This document shows positions 1 through 12,000 of a stretch of 64,000 nucleotides of DNA, one piece after another (position 1 is the first letter of the stretch; every line of letters begins with the position of its first letter). Source of the stretch: Orbicella franksi (taxonomy: Eukaryota); contig OZ116700.1 in NCBI GenBank assembly GCA_964199315.1, positions 10,788,001 to 10,852,000 of the forward strand, given 5' to 3'. The notes below the pieces were generated by a model. It had not been told where the DNA came from. It did no database searches and saw only the letters and a program-made list of their open reading frames with translations. A program made the position numbers and the translations under genes.

Positions 1-3000
1 ACTCATTAGTTTTTGTAATACGAGGGTCTTCGAAATTCAGTCTGCTTAGAGCGACTAAAGAAGGTCTGTTTTCTTTCACGCTTTGGCCACCCTCCTTCTT
101 GAGCTGTTTGGCATAGCTTTGAAAAGCTTGTTCTGTCTTGTTCAACATTTCCCTTTCCTTGTCAGCCTCTGTAGAAGAAATTTACTTCACTTTAGGCCCA
201 GTCCACACAGAGAAATTTGAAAACGCAGCTTTATTTCTACGTTTAGGCCTTCCGCCCACACTAATCCGTCACGAAAAACGGAGCTTTTCGAAAACGCTGT
301 TCAAACCGGAGGAATTTGGAAACGCCCGAGTTTTTCTCAAACACAAATCCAAAATGACTGGTGATTGTTGCTTTTTCATATTTCTCCGTAGTGTAGACGG
401 AAAACATTTGATGCGTTTTCAGAGTGAAAACGTCGTTTTCAAACTTCTCCAACGCAGTGTGGATGGGGCCTTAGTTTGAAAATTCTCCATCATATTTCAT
501 CTAGTACTTTTAACTCCAAGTTAAACGTACTTGTAATGTATGATAGAAGGCAAATAAAGAAATTGAAATTGAATTAAAGAAAACAAAATGTAACACGACT
601 AAAAGCATCAGTCTTTACAAGCGCGTCAGCCCTCGCAATAAAAAAAGAAACTTCATCAAGTTTTGAGCAAGGTATGTAAAAATACGTGTTTCACTGGCAC
701 AGTGCAAACTTTGGAGTTTCCCAACAAAGTGTTGTTGTTGTTACTTGTTTGTTTTGAACAAAATGCGAGCAACAAAATAAATTTTGTAACAACTTATAAG
801 GAAACTTGTGTAATCAAGAATTAACTTGTCCAACAAACTAAGATTTGTTAGGCATCAAAAGGTCTTTATCTAACTGCTAGTGTGAAACAGAACACGTTTT
901 CCTTAGCATCTAACATAAACGGTAAACAAGAAGTAAAAAGTACTGTGCAGTCAAAACTAACAAATTTTAAGTGCAATAACAGAGGATAAGAAGAAACATG
1001 AGAATGCAAAAAAGCATTTCTTCAACAAAAACGATGAAGTATTACTTTATAAGTATACCAAACATGCATAATGAAAAGCCGAAAGATAAAATAACATTGC
1101 TGTGACAGAACTCATGACAAAGACAATGAAGGCTCTATAAAGTTGATATTTTTGTTTACTCGTCTTTAATTTCTATCGAAGTTTATCAAATTTAGATGTA
1201 ACTTTTACATTATTGTAATTGTAATTACCCGGCAAAAAAAATACACATTGCTTACCTGATCCTGAATCCTTTCGTGGTCGTGTATCGATGTCCCTTCTCT
1301 CCACGATAACTTCTTTCTTAGTTATCAGCACAGTCTCCTTTTTAACCTTTGTTACACTGTTTATCTTTTGCTCAGCCTTCGACTCACTTTGTTGATTGTT
1401 TTCATATAAATTCTTCTTAACCAAGATGGTTTGTGATACCTCATGTCTCCCAACCTTAAAACGGAGCAAAACAAGAATGGATGACGTTAAATTCCAAAAC
1501 AAAACATTAAAACAACGTATTCTTACTAAACAAACACTTCATTGCTTACAATAAAATAACGGCGCTTATAATTCATAGACACAGACATAGTATTGTTACG
1601 CTGAAAAAAGTTCCTATAATAATTCACTAAAAGTATCTTCTAGGATTGCTTTCTAGAAAGAGGCTCTTAATATACATGAACAAGTTGAGGTACAGGATAA
1701 CGGTAAACCTTATCTCACGTTTTCAATATTTAAAAATAAATGACACTTCAAATAAGGTAACACAAGCATCTTGTCAGTTGTGACACAGGTGTTAATGGAT
1801 TTGGCGCGCGTGTTGATCCAAGAGAGTAGTTTCCATGATCTAAATCTCCAGTTGCCTGTTGGATCAAGGCGACTATAAAACTTAATGGTCCAGCGAGTAA
1901 ATAGGTTAGGTTTTACCAGTGGGGTGGCCTGTGACCCAGCTTGCTATTCCACTTACTAGCCAGTAAAACATTTTAATCTCTAAAAAAATTGTTTCGCGAA
2001 ATCATTTTCAGGTGTGTTGGTATTAAATGGCTGTAAATGAATACAGGCCAAGCTCACTTTCTAATTATTAGGAAAATAAACTATTAACTAATTAACAGCT
2101 ACAAAATGTAAGGCTAATTAAAGATTGATCCACACATCACACATACAAACGTCCTTTTATCATTTTACGCCATAAATGAGTAATTGCGTACACACAGATT
2201 ATAACCGTACATGTGTGCAGTTTTAAAAGTTCCTTACATGTACTTAGTGATTTAAATTTGATTTTGCATTGACATTTAATTTCCAAATTGATTTTTATCT
2301 TCTTTTGTTCAGTTATATTCACTATCATCATTACCTGAAACAACTTCATGAAGATAAAACATTTTAATAAATGCAATGTTTCAAACCAAAAACAAATAAT
2401 TTCATTAACTACAACAACTACATTTGATTTCTATTCTTTCAACAGTATTCTGTATTTACTATTAATAAAGCAAGTCTAGCTGTTAATTTTAAAAGCTATC
2501 AGTGCATGTACATTTGTTGTGTATTCATCATGTCAAAATTTCGCACGTTACTTATAACTGTTGTGGTTTATGAATAAATGCTTTCTTACTGGTTGAGAAG
2601 CTTCCTCTCCTCTCCGAAGTGCGTCTATTTTCTGTTGAACTTTCAATTCAACTTCTTTTTCCTCATTGCTGGGCTCTCTAACAAGCTGAAGGTACTCCTC
2701 AGGTTCCTCTTCAGGCTCCTCTTCGTCATTTATGCCACCATTCTGGACAACAACCTCCTGCTCTTTTGTTTTCTTTTCATCATCTCCATTCAACAGATAT
2801 TCTGCAGACGACTGTCGGTCAACATAGCTGACCTGCTCAACTTCATCTTCACTCTGGTTTTCTGTAAGAGAGGTTGGAGTATTTTGCCTGTCAAATGTTT
2901 TCTTTTTTCCTGTTTTGGTGAGGGTGTCAGCAAGTTTGTGGATTCCAGCAGTCAGTTTGGAACCTACAAAAAAAAAATACAAACTGTTGTGAGCTTGTTT

Positions 3001-6000
3001 CCTACATCAAATATGTTCCCAATACACGTTCTTGCAACGGATATGCTATTACTGTGAAAAAAATGTTTCTTCAAATTAAAGAGGGCTGAGGACAATATCA
3101 TTTATTAATTCAGACTACAAATTTGAAACATTAAAGAGAGAGCAACACTGATTTTCTTTGCAATACAAGTCAAACAGACAGCTGTTGGCCATCAAATTAA
3201 ACAGATTTATCAACTTAGAGCTTGACATACATGTACCTCCACATTCTCAGAGAACAACAACTATATTACATGTAAGTAAAGAAATTTACAGGCATAATTC
3301 GACCTTGGAAGGGCTGTCATTAAGTTTTGAGTCACCTGTAACTAAAGTTCTCCACACCCATAGCAAACTTGTTAGTAAATTATATCAACAACACTGAGGC
3401 AATCTCACCTGCAACGGGTGTAGCATCAAGGGAAAATCAACCATGCTGGGCCGTAACAGGTGTTACGGGTTACAGCCCTTAATGACAGCCCTGCTTGGGA
3501 CTACAGTAATACAGTGAATTGATTTACCTACATCCTAAAGATACAAAAATTGCAGAAATCCAGAGAGAAAGAAATTGTTTGCTGTTTTAAAATAAAGATC
3601 AGTTACTTACCAGCTTCTCCTTTGTAGACCTCAGCACGTAATGCTATATGGTTGTGCCATGACTGCGGCTTAATTCTCAAGTAATGAGCATTCACAGCCA
3701 TCTTTAGCATGTTAGTCACTACCGTGTCGGGATCATGATTACCCTGGAAAACCTGCAACCAGAAACAGTTTATGTACAGCATGAACAAATGCCATGAAAA
3801 GGCACATAGAGAGTTTCTTTCTAATATGTCAACTGCAAGCTAACTTAGGTTAACCAGAGTGCTATTTAGACTAAGCAGAGTGCTAGTTACGGTAATAGGA
3901 TTGTTATTCAGGCTAACTAGCTAACCAGCAAGCAAGCCATGCAAGCCAGTAATCCATTCTGGCTCCAAGGCTAACCTCAAGCTAACTAAGTCAAACTCTT
4001 TTTGAGGGGGGGGGGGGACCAGCTATTTAGGCTAACAAGTTACTATTAAGCTAGCTAGACTGTTGGTTAAGATAACCAGAATGGCTTGCATGCTGGCTCC
4101 CATGACTCGCTGGCTTGCAGTTTGTACAGACCCTTTTAAGGGGAATAGCTTAGCTAAATAAGTTATTTTGGCTTGGAGAAAGTAAGAAAATAAATAAAAA
4201 CTAAACTTAGTCTTGCTCTTAACACAAGTCAAACAAATATCATAGCTAATCCTCAAACACAATATCATCAGGAACTCTTTGTAAAGATATTGACTTTCAG
4301 AATATCTTAACTTTCCTTTAAAAAAATAACTAGTTTAAAAATATTAACTACTTGAAAAAGAAATTACGTCATTTAAAAAAAATAGCTGGGAGAAAATCAA
4401 CTAGTTGCAACTGAAAATTTTACCCAGATAAAAAACTAACTATAACATCCAGTACAAAGATCCTCTAAGAACCATGCAAAAGTTCAACAGGTTGAAAAAG
4501 TAAACCTATGTACCGGTTCCAGTTGCCTCTAATAAACTCTAAGATGATTCCAAACTCATGTACAGAGTACACAATGTCCATTAAGACTAATGTACGCTAA
4601 GTCTTACAATAATATTACAAGACAAGTACAATGTTATCTGTTGACATGGCATCTACTGTAGACAGTGAATTATCTTCTGGCACTTCAGATCTATGTTTAC
4701 TACTGAGCCCCACAAAGCTAAACCAGTTAATGAAAACAATTAAGTTAACAAAAAAAAAATTACCTTGGCTATCCCAAATTCTTTATAATTTGCCCAGTTT
4801 TCACCATCCTTGCTGTAAGCAAGTGTGTAAGTCTTCACAAACCAACCTCCTTGGTCTGTGAATCCTGGTCTTCCTTGTGACGCCACTCCACATACCTTAG
4901 TTACCTCACCTGAAGACAAAGCAGATACATGGAATTACATGACTTGTACATCCACAACAAATCTGTAGAATGGTTGTTAATTGAGCGTCAAAACCAAAGT
5001 AATCAGTCTGGCAAATCCAGTGAGCCAGCCAAAGAACATAGCAAATATATCTAGAGCCCATTTGAAGTGTGGGAAAATGTTTGCACACAAGTCACGACTA
5101 ATTTTGGTCGTACTTCTCACTGCATGATAAAGAGGTGAGACTTTTTAAACTTGAGAGCAGTAGTCTGTGACCAAAGTAAATGCATATTTCTGTTGATTCT
5201 CAGGTGAAAGCTACAGTCTACAATAACTTCCTCCTAAAGCTAACATGCAGGCGTGAAGAGGGTAGATGTAGAGCAGTGTTACAGGTAAGGATGGCACGCA
5301 GAGATGAGAGAGATACTGAATGGGGATACTATTTAGCCCATTCCAAAGAACAGCAAATCAGACTCAAAATCACAACTTGTGGTTCTACATGCATGTTCAG
5401 AAGAGCTACATGTAAAATATCCTTCCAACGCTCTCATTATTGCTGATTTGTAGCAGTCAGTCAAACCTTCTTGCTAAGAAATGTTATTGTTTTCTGTCTC
5501 ACTTTTCATGACTGATGTCATTATTAAAGACATCTTTCTGATCTTTACTGATGGCTGGCCAAAACAAAATAATATATAGTTCACTACATTATTACCTAAG
5601 TCAATTTGGAGATACTGGTGTTTGTCATTGACTTTTGCGCACCAAGCTCCATCTGATGAATTAAGTCTTCCAGCAGAAGATTTTGAGGAAGTGTCTATAA
5701 ATGATGATGCTGTGATAGCACTGTCCTCTATGGTGCCATCTGATACACCAGCAGGCATGGGACCTACAGAAAGAATATTGCATCCAGGGTTTTTTTAGAT
5801 TTACTGAGTACCATGATAATATTATTATAGCCACCACTATACATGTAACTTTGCAATGTGCCGTTGTTTACAAATGAAGTTATCTCCCACTTGTAAATAA
5901 AATATACTGCAAATCAAGGTAAATGCTTAATAATTATGTTAGTGCGGGAAGCATGGTGGTTTAACAGTTAGCACGCTGGACTGCAGATCAAATGGTCCAG

Positions 6001-9000
6001 GTTTGAGCCCCGGCCACGTTCTTGGACAAGATAATTTACTCTCACAGTGCCTCTCTAAACCCAGGTGAATATCATATAATGCTGGGGAGCCTGAGTAACC
6101 CTATCATACGCTGGGTAGTCATTAAGTTTTGAGTCAAACATTGCCTTGGTCTTCCCACCCATAACAAACTTGTTGCTTTGTGGCTGAATTATATCAAAAA
6201 TAGGCAAGTTCAACCGTAACATCAAGGGCTCACCAAGGAGACTCACCCGTAACAGGTGTTACGGGTTATGGCCCTTAACGACAGCCCTGATATGCTACCA
6301 TCTAATCTAGGGGGAGTACAAAGACTCCCAAACTGCACTAAGCTCTGGTCGTCTGGACCACTTGGCCCAATGCAATGTGTCATTTAATTATTTTAGATAT
6401 ATAACTGTACAAATTGATTAACCTCATGTAGATGAAAACTGACCTTTGCTTGCTTTATCGGTGGGCTTGTTCTGAACACCAGCAGAGGTGCTGTCCAATT
6501 TGCTAGTAGTACTAACCCCGTCCCATTTGATTACTTTGTCGGCATGTGCCACTGAGCTGGATACCTCCTCATAAATCTCTTCACTCTCCATTAAATTATC
6601 ACCGTTCTCACAGTCTGCTTCCCCCTTTGTTCCTTCTGGGCTTCTTGGAGGTGGCAGTTCAGGTGGAACCGGGGGAAGAGGCCCCAAATCTAGCTGACTT
6701 GACGATGGAGATGCTGGTTTAAAATTCTCAGCCGTAGTAGCAGTTGAAGGTACAACCTCCATGTAAAAATCTTCCTCTTCTGCTTCATCCATGCTTTGAT
6801 TGTTACTTCCTGAGTGAATTTGTAAACTAGGTTTCTCTGTTGCACTGGATGTCATCTCTAAACCTGGAGAAACTACAGGAGTAACATAATCATCTTCATC
6901 GTCTTGCTCGAAAACTCCTGAACTTGTATCTGTTGGTGATACAGCAAGTTTAATGAAACCAGATTCTTTGAGGAAAGCTTTTTTCCAACGTTCCCAGTCT
7001 TTTGCACTCTTAGCAAGGAGAGTAAACTGTGTCAATCCATCTCTAAGTACATGAATGGCAAGCTTGCTTCTTTCTTCTTCTCCAGCTTTAATTTCACATC
7101 CGTCCAAGTCAACCGTTATATCAGGGTCATCATCTTTAATTGTTTTATAACAATGCAGCTTCTTTTCTCTGATCAAGAACCACCGTTTAGCAGTCTCATT
7201 TGCCTTGTACGCATACCCTGCCAAGGCAACCCCATCCTGGGGACTGGAGAAGAGCTTGTCCTTCTTTGCTTTTTTCTTAAGCCAATGAAAGAACTGTTTC
7301 TTCTTTTTAGCTTTCTGTTGTACTGGCTGTGACTGAGGGCTTGGTGGAACACCACCCTCATCTGAAGAGCCTGAATCAAATTCATCCGTAGCGAAGCCAT
7401 CATCTTGAAATTCTTCGCCTGAAGCCTTTAAGTTTGCTACTGCTTCGTAAACATCATCACCAAACTGCCCTCCATCAACTTCATCTGGTCTTCTTGGTAG
7501 TGCAGGAAACGGTTTTTTGTCAGGTCCATTTTCCAAAGGCTCTGCATTCACATAACTTACCGTATGATTGTCTTCACTCTGTAAAAACAAGCAAAGTATG
7601 TTCATATAAATCTAACTAGGGGAACACAAATGTAAATGCTACTTGCTTGACCATTCATCTCCATTACAATGTAAATGCTTTGTTATTAGTTATTTCTACA
7701 GGCCGTTCAATAATTTCAAAACAAACTGGAATGTAGGAATTAAAATGCAAGACAATACACAAATATAATACACATCGACAAATGAGTTAAAATTAATGTG
7801 GAACATGAAGTAGCTGAACAAATACATTTGAAACATAACATAAGTACAGATACAATTTCTGATAGCTTATACACAACAAGATTAATCTGCGATGTCATTA
7901 TAAAACCAGTTTGAGACTTAGATTAAGAAAATTGAATTACATCTTAATGATATCACAAGATCTGCATTTAAAGTTGTCTCTTTCAGTTCAATAAAGCAGA
8001 TACAGTACAAGGAAAAACTGGTTCCTTACAAAACAACAAACTTCTTTCCACCATGCACGCACCATCTTCTTTTCTCTAAAATACTTATAACAATGGTAAT
8101 AATATTACAAAAATACTGAATTTTGGTGACAGTAGTCTCACCACCAAAGCATATCTCATATATCCTATCAAAAATATTTCCAAATATCACTTCAAGCTCT
8201 GGGAGTGAGTAAATTCAATTAATGCACATACACGTAGGCTGATAATGAACCTATGGAAATAGGCAACAAATTTTGTGAGACCAGCCATTCCTGAAGACAG
8301 CACTCAACCTTTCAAATGTTATGTAAAGAAGCAAACAATCATCTAACGAATTCCTCCTTAAGACATCAACATTTTTCACCTTCCAAAGTGTGACATTTGC
8401 ATGTAATTTACCCCAATACAGAAATTTGATATTGGAATCATTCTAATTACGATAGCATTTCTCCAGACATGTGGCTGGACGCTGTGGCAACGCAATGATT
8501 CTTGGAATCAGTAAATCTTATGAACTAAATACGCTTCCGTTATTTTTGGTTTGTGGGCACACCTTCACACCTTTATCCCAAAATATTAGGACCATCTTGT
8601 TGGTTTGTGCTACAGATGTAATAGATGCTTGTTATTGTTAGTTCTGTACACACAATGAAAATCAGTGGTTAAATCAACAAAAGGTTTTGAACCATTCAAG
8701 ACATACATGTATAACAATGTTGCACTGGAGGTACTAAATATTGCATTCTTGGCTCAGTATCCATCACTTAACAACTAAGGAGAGGTTTAACCAATATCAG
8801 TTCCTTCTGTACATTCACCTCCACTCATCTTAGGTGTCATTTTGATGATATTATTGCATACTGTTAACTTATTAATGATCTTTACATTATGAAACATGTC
8901 CAACCAGATGGACTGGCCTATCAAGTTCAAACTGGTAAGTGACTTCAAAACTGCTCACGACAGTAAAAAAGTTTAACAGTGACAGTAGATAAATTGTTTC

Positions 9001-12000
9001 ATGTAGGTGAAATCAAGGAATCACAAATCAGCTATCAATGTTAACCCCGAGGCAGGAGGGGGGGGGGGGCCCAAGGCATATGCAGGGCATTTGACTTAAT
9101 TGCCTTCCCCACCGGTGGGAATTTGACTAAGAGTCTGGGCCCTAGATTGAGGACATTGGATTTTTTTTTTGCGAAGAGGAATGGAACTACATGTATATCT
9201 CTGTCCCGCCTTCTTAAGATAGTTTTTGTGGAGAAGAACATGGGTGTAATTTTGGAGGTAAGAACTTGTTTTGAACAAATAAAACAACTACTTCTCACTA
9301 TTCACTTTCAGTATAAATTGACAGAACAACTCACTTTATGGAGATTGCGCTAAGGTGGGGATATTATTTTGATCTACGTTTACCAATTTTGGGGCCATAC
9401 AGTAAAAATTCTTCTGAAATTCAAATCCCTCACATCCCTCCCCTCAGGCTTAACATTGCATGTATGATAGATGCAGTAGAGATGATAAAAAGAGGAATTT
9501 AAAGTTTTAAAGAGGGCTATGACTTTCAGTTTGAAATCACTTAAAGGCAACAGCTTAAAACTTCCTTCTTAAAATATCTTTCGAAGTTACTTGTCATGCG
9601 TGATATTTTTCTTCATTTTGGTCTAAAAAACAAAACCCAGAGTTGCAGTTCTCTTATTTAATAACTCACAGCTTTATTTAAGAGAAGCTAAACACTGCCC
9701 TTTAAGAATTATTTAACAGTTAAGAAAAGAAGAGTTAAATTCAATTTAAATCATCATTAGTAATCCTGGTTATATCAAAGATTTATTTGATTTATACAGT
9801 TAGTTCCCTTTACCTTATTTAACCCAGAAGAATCCTTGTGCAACTGAGAAGAATCAGGTTTAACTTCTGATTTTAAAGGGTATAGGGGGGATTGTTCTTC
9901 ATCACCAACAGGCTCTTCTTCTTCCTCCACAATTGAGTGCATAAGAGGTGCTTGTGGAACAACAGAGAATTGTTTTTCACTTGAATTTGTAGCCAATCTT
10001 TGAGAAGATGAGTGTTTACCAGCAGATGCTGCTATTGTGAGAACTTTCATCCACTCTTTAAGTTCATCATTATTAGAAGCCACAAAAACCCAGGGTGCCA
10101 TGCCAGACTGCGTGAGTCTGAACACAGGAGTGCGCAAAAGTCGGTCATCCAGTGAGATCTGACAACAAGGCATGATGAGAACATCATATGCCACTTCATC
10201 TGGATCTTGTGAAGGAAATATGCACAGGTGTTGATCAATAAGAACACACCACCAGAGTTTTTCACTGTGCTTTTCTTTAAGGAGTCCTGCAAAATCTGGC
10301 TCTGTCAAGTCCTCAAGGGAAATGTCAAACAAAGCCGCACTGTCTCTCTTGCGACTCTTTCGTTTATTGACAGGAGAATGATTAGAAGCGTTTAGTTCAG
10401 TTGGTGTATTTACGCCTAAGTTATTGCAACTGTCATCATTGTTATTGTCTGATTCATCTTCCTCTTCTTCAATTGGATGGTAAATAACAAGTTCACGTAA
10501 ATCGTTTAGGTTTATTTCCTCGCGATCCACATAACAACCCTGTTTATGTTAGAAGTTACAAGAAAGAAGAGTAAGACATGTTAATAAGGTCAAGTTTTGA
10601 AATTTAGGAAGGAATTAATATCATGATAAGACCATATAGTACAGTCATAAGTTTGGTTTGTTAAGTTTTTGTTTATTTCGTGTCAATGTTTAGCTACTAG
10701 TTAATAAGATATATGAACAAAACACTTACCAATGCTGAACCATTGAAAGTCAAAACTTTTAGAATTTACTGACATATACATCATGTAATATTACAAGATG
10801 TATATATGTATTTGAAATGTACTGCTGACCATTGATTAACATTGAATTTTGCTGGTTGGAGTACAAGTCAGAACTTTCTTCAATGCCAAAGGCTATTATT
10901 TTTAATTATTTAATTTATTCATGAATACACTGGTTTCCAATGTGGTAACTTTCATTAGTCGTCAAAACAATAATTTTATTAGCCACAGGAACAAAAGTTA
11001 AGGAACTGAGGTTAATGTCTTGTAAAATTGGAGGTTAGCTAACATACACAATTTCATTTAACATCATTATGTTATGTATAATTTTTTTAGAATAATTAGA
11101 TCACAAATTATAACAAAAATTTAAGGCAATTGTTTATAAAATAAGTTCCTTTGTTTCACTCTTCTTTAACATTAACTGTTGTTAAACAGTTCAGTTTGAA
11201 CAGTTTCCTGTTCCCCTTATTTCAAGGGGTTTTCCAGTAGTGTTTTAATGGACCGGTTAAACCTCATTAGCACATTATATATAATTAGGCAATTCTATTA
11301 TCAAGAAACTATGAAGCGTGGGCAGATCATAAAATTGTGATCTAATTTTCATTGATATTCAAAAGCTAATGGACCACTGCACAGTAATCAGTAGTTTTTA
11401 TTGTGATTGATCCCGAAAGAACAAGAAAGACAATGACCTGTTTGAAAATTAAAAGGTACAGTAGTCAAAGATGGCCATTTTAGTAACTGAAATAATTATA
11501 TCTGTTCAATGACAATATAATAACATGTACAATACAACCTTGTTAGTTTAACCACCAACATATTTCCACAAACATTTGGCCCTACAATGTTTCAAACAGA
11601 TCAAAGTAAAAACAAAATAGAAATGCAAACCTTTTTTGTTCTGCTTGCTTGCCAGGTTTCTGAATTCTCAGACTGGCCACAACTGGACATGTCTGGAAGA
11701 GATTCACTGCGGGGAATCCCCTCTTCACTGATACCATTGAACTCATTGGTTTCATTTAGCGACTGGCTTGAAAGTGACAATCCAGCATTGAGAAGGCTGC
11801 CATCCTTAAGATTATTGTTCTTCATGTTGTTCAAAGAATTATTCATTCCTTCCACAAGGGTGATACATTCTTTTCTATGAGCGTCAGCCTCACAGCTGAG
11901 AGATTCCTTCAGCAAAATGTTTTGAAGGAAAATACTCAATTTAGAAAGTCCTGTCTCAAATTCTGTGAAGTAGAAAGCAATAACACTGGATCAGGTGAAA

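Noticed and set aside
138-479. 113-aa plus-strand ORF
   Set aside because: It is a chance frame across a MITE and the antisense of an adaptor A exon.
2578-3057. 159-aa hydrophobic plus-strand ORF resembling a membrane protein
   Set aside because: It is the antisense shadow of the Glu/Lys-rich exon 8 of adaptor A. The antisense ORFs over 45.2-48.3 kb were rejected for the same reason.
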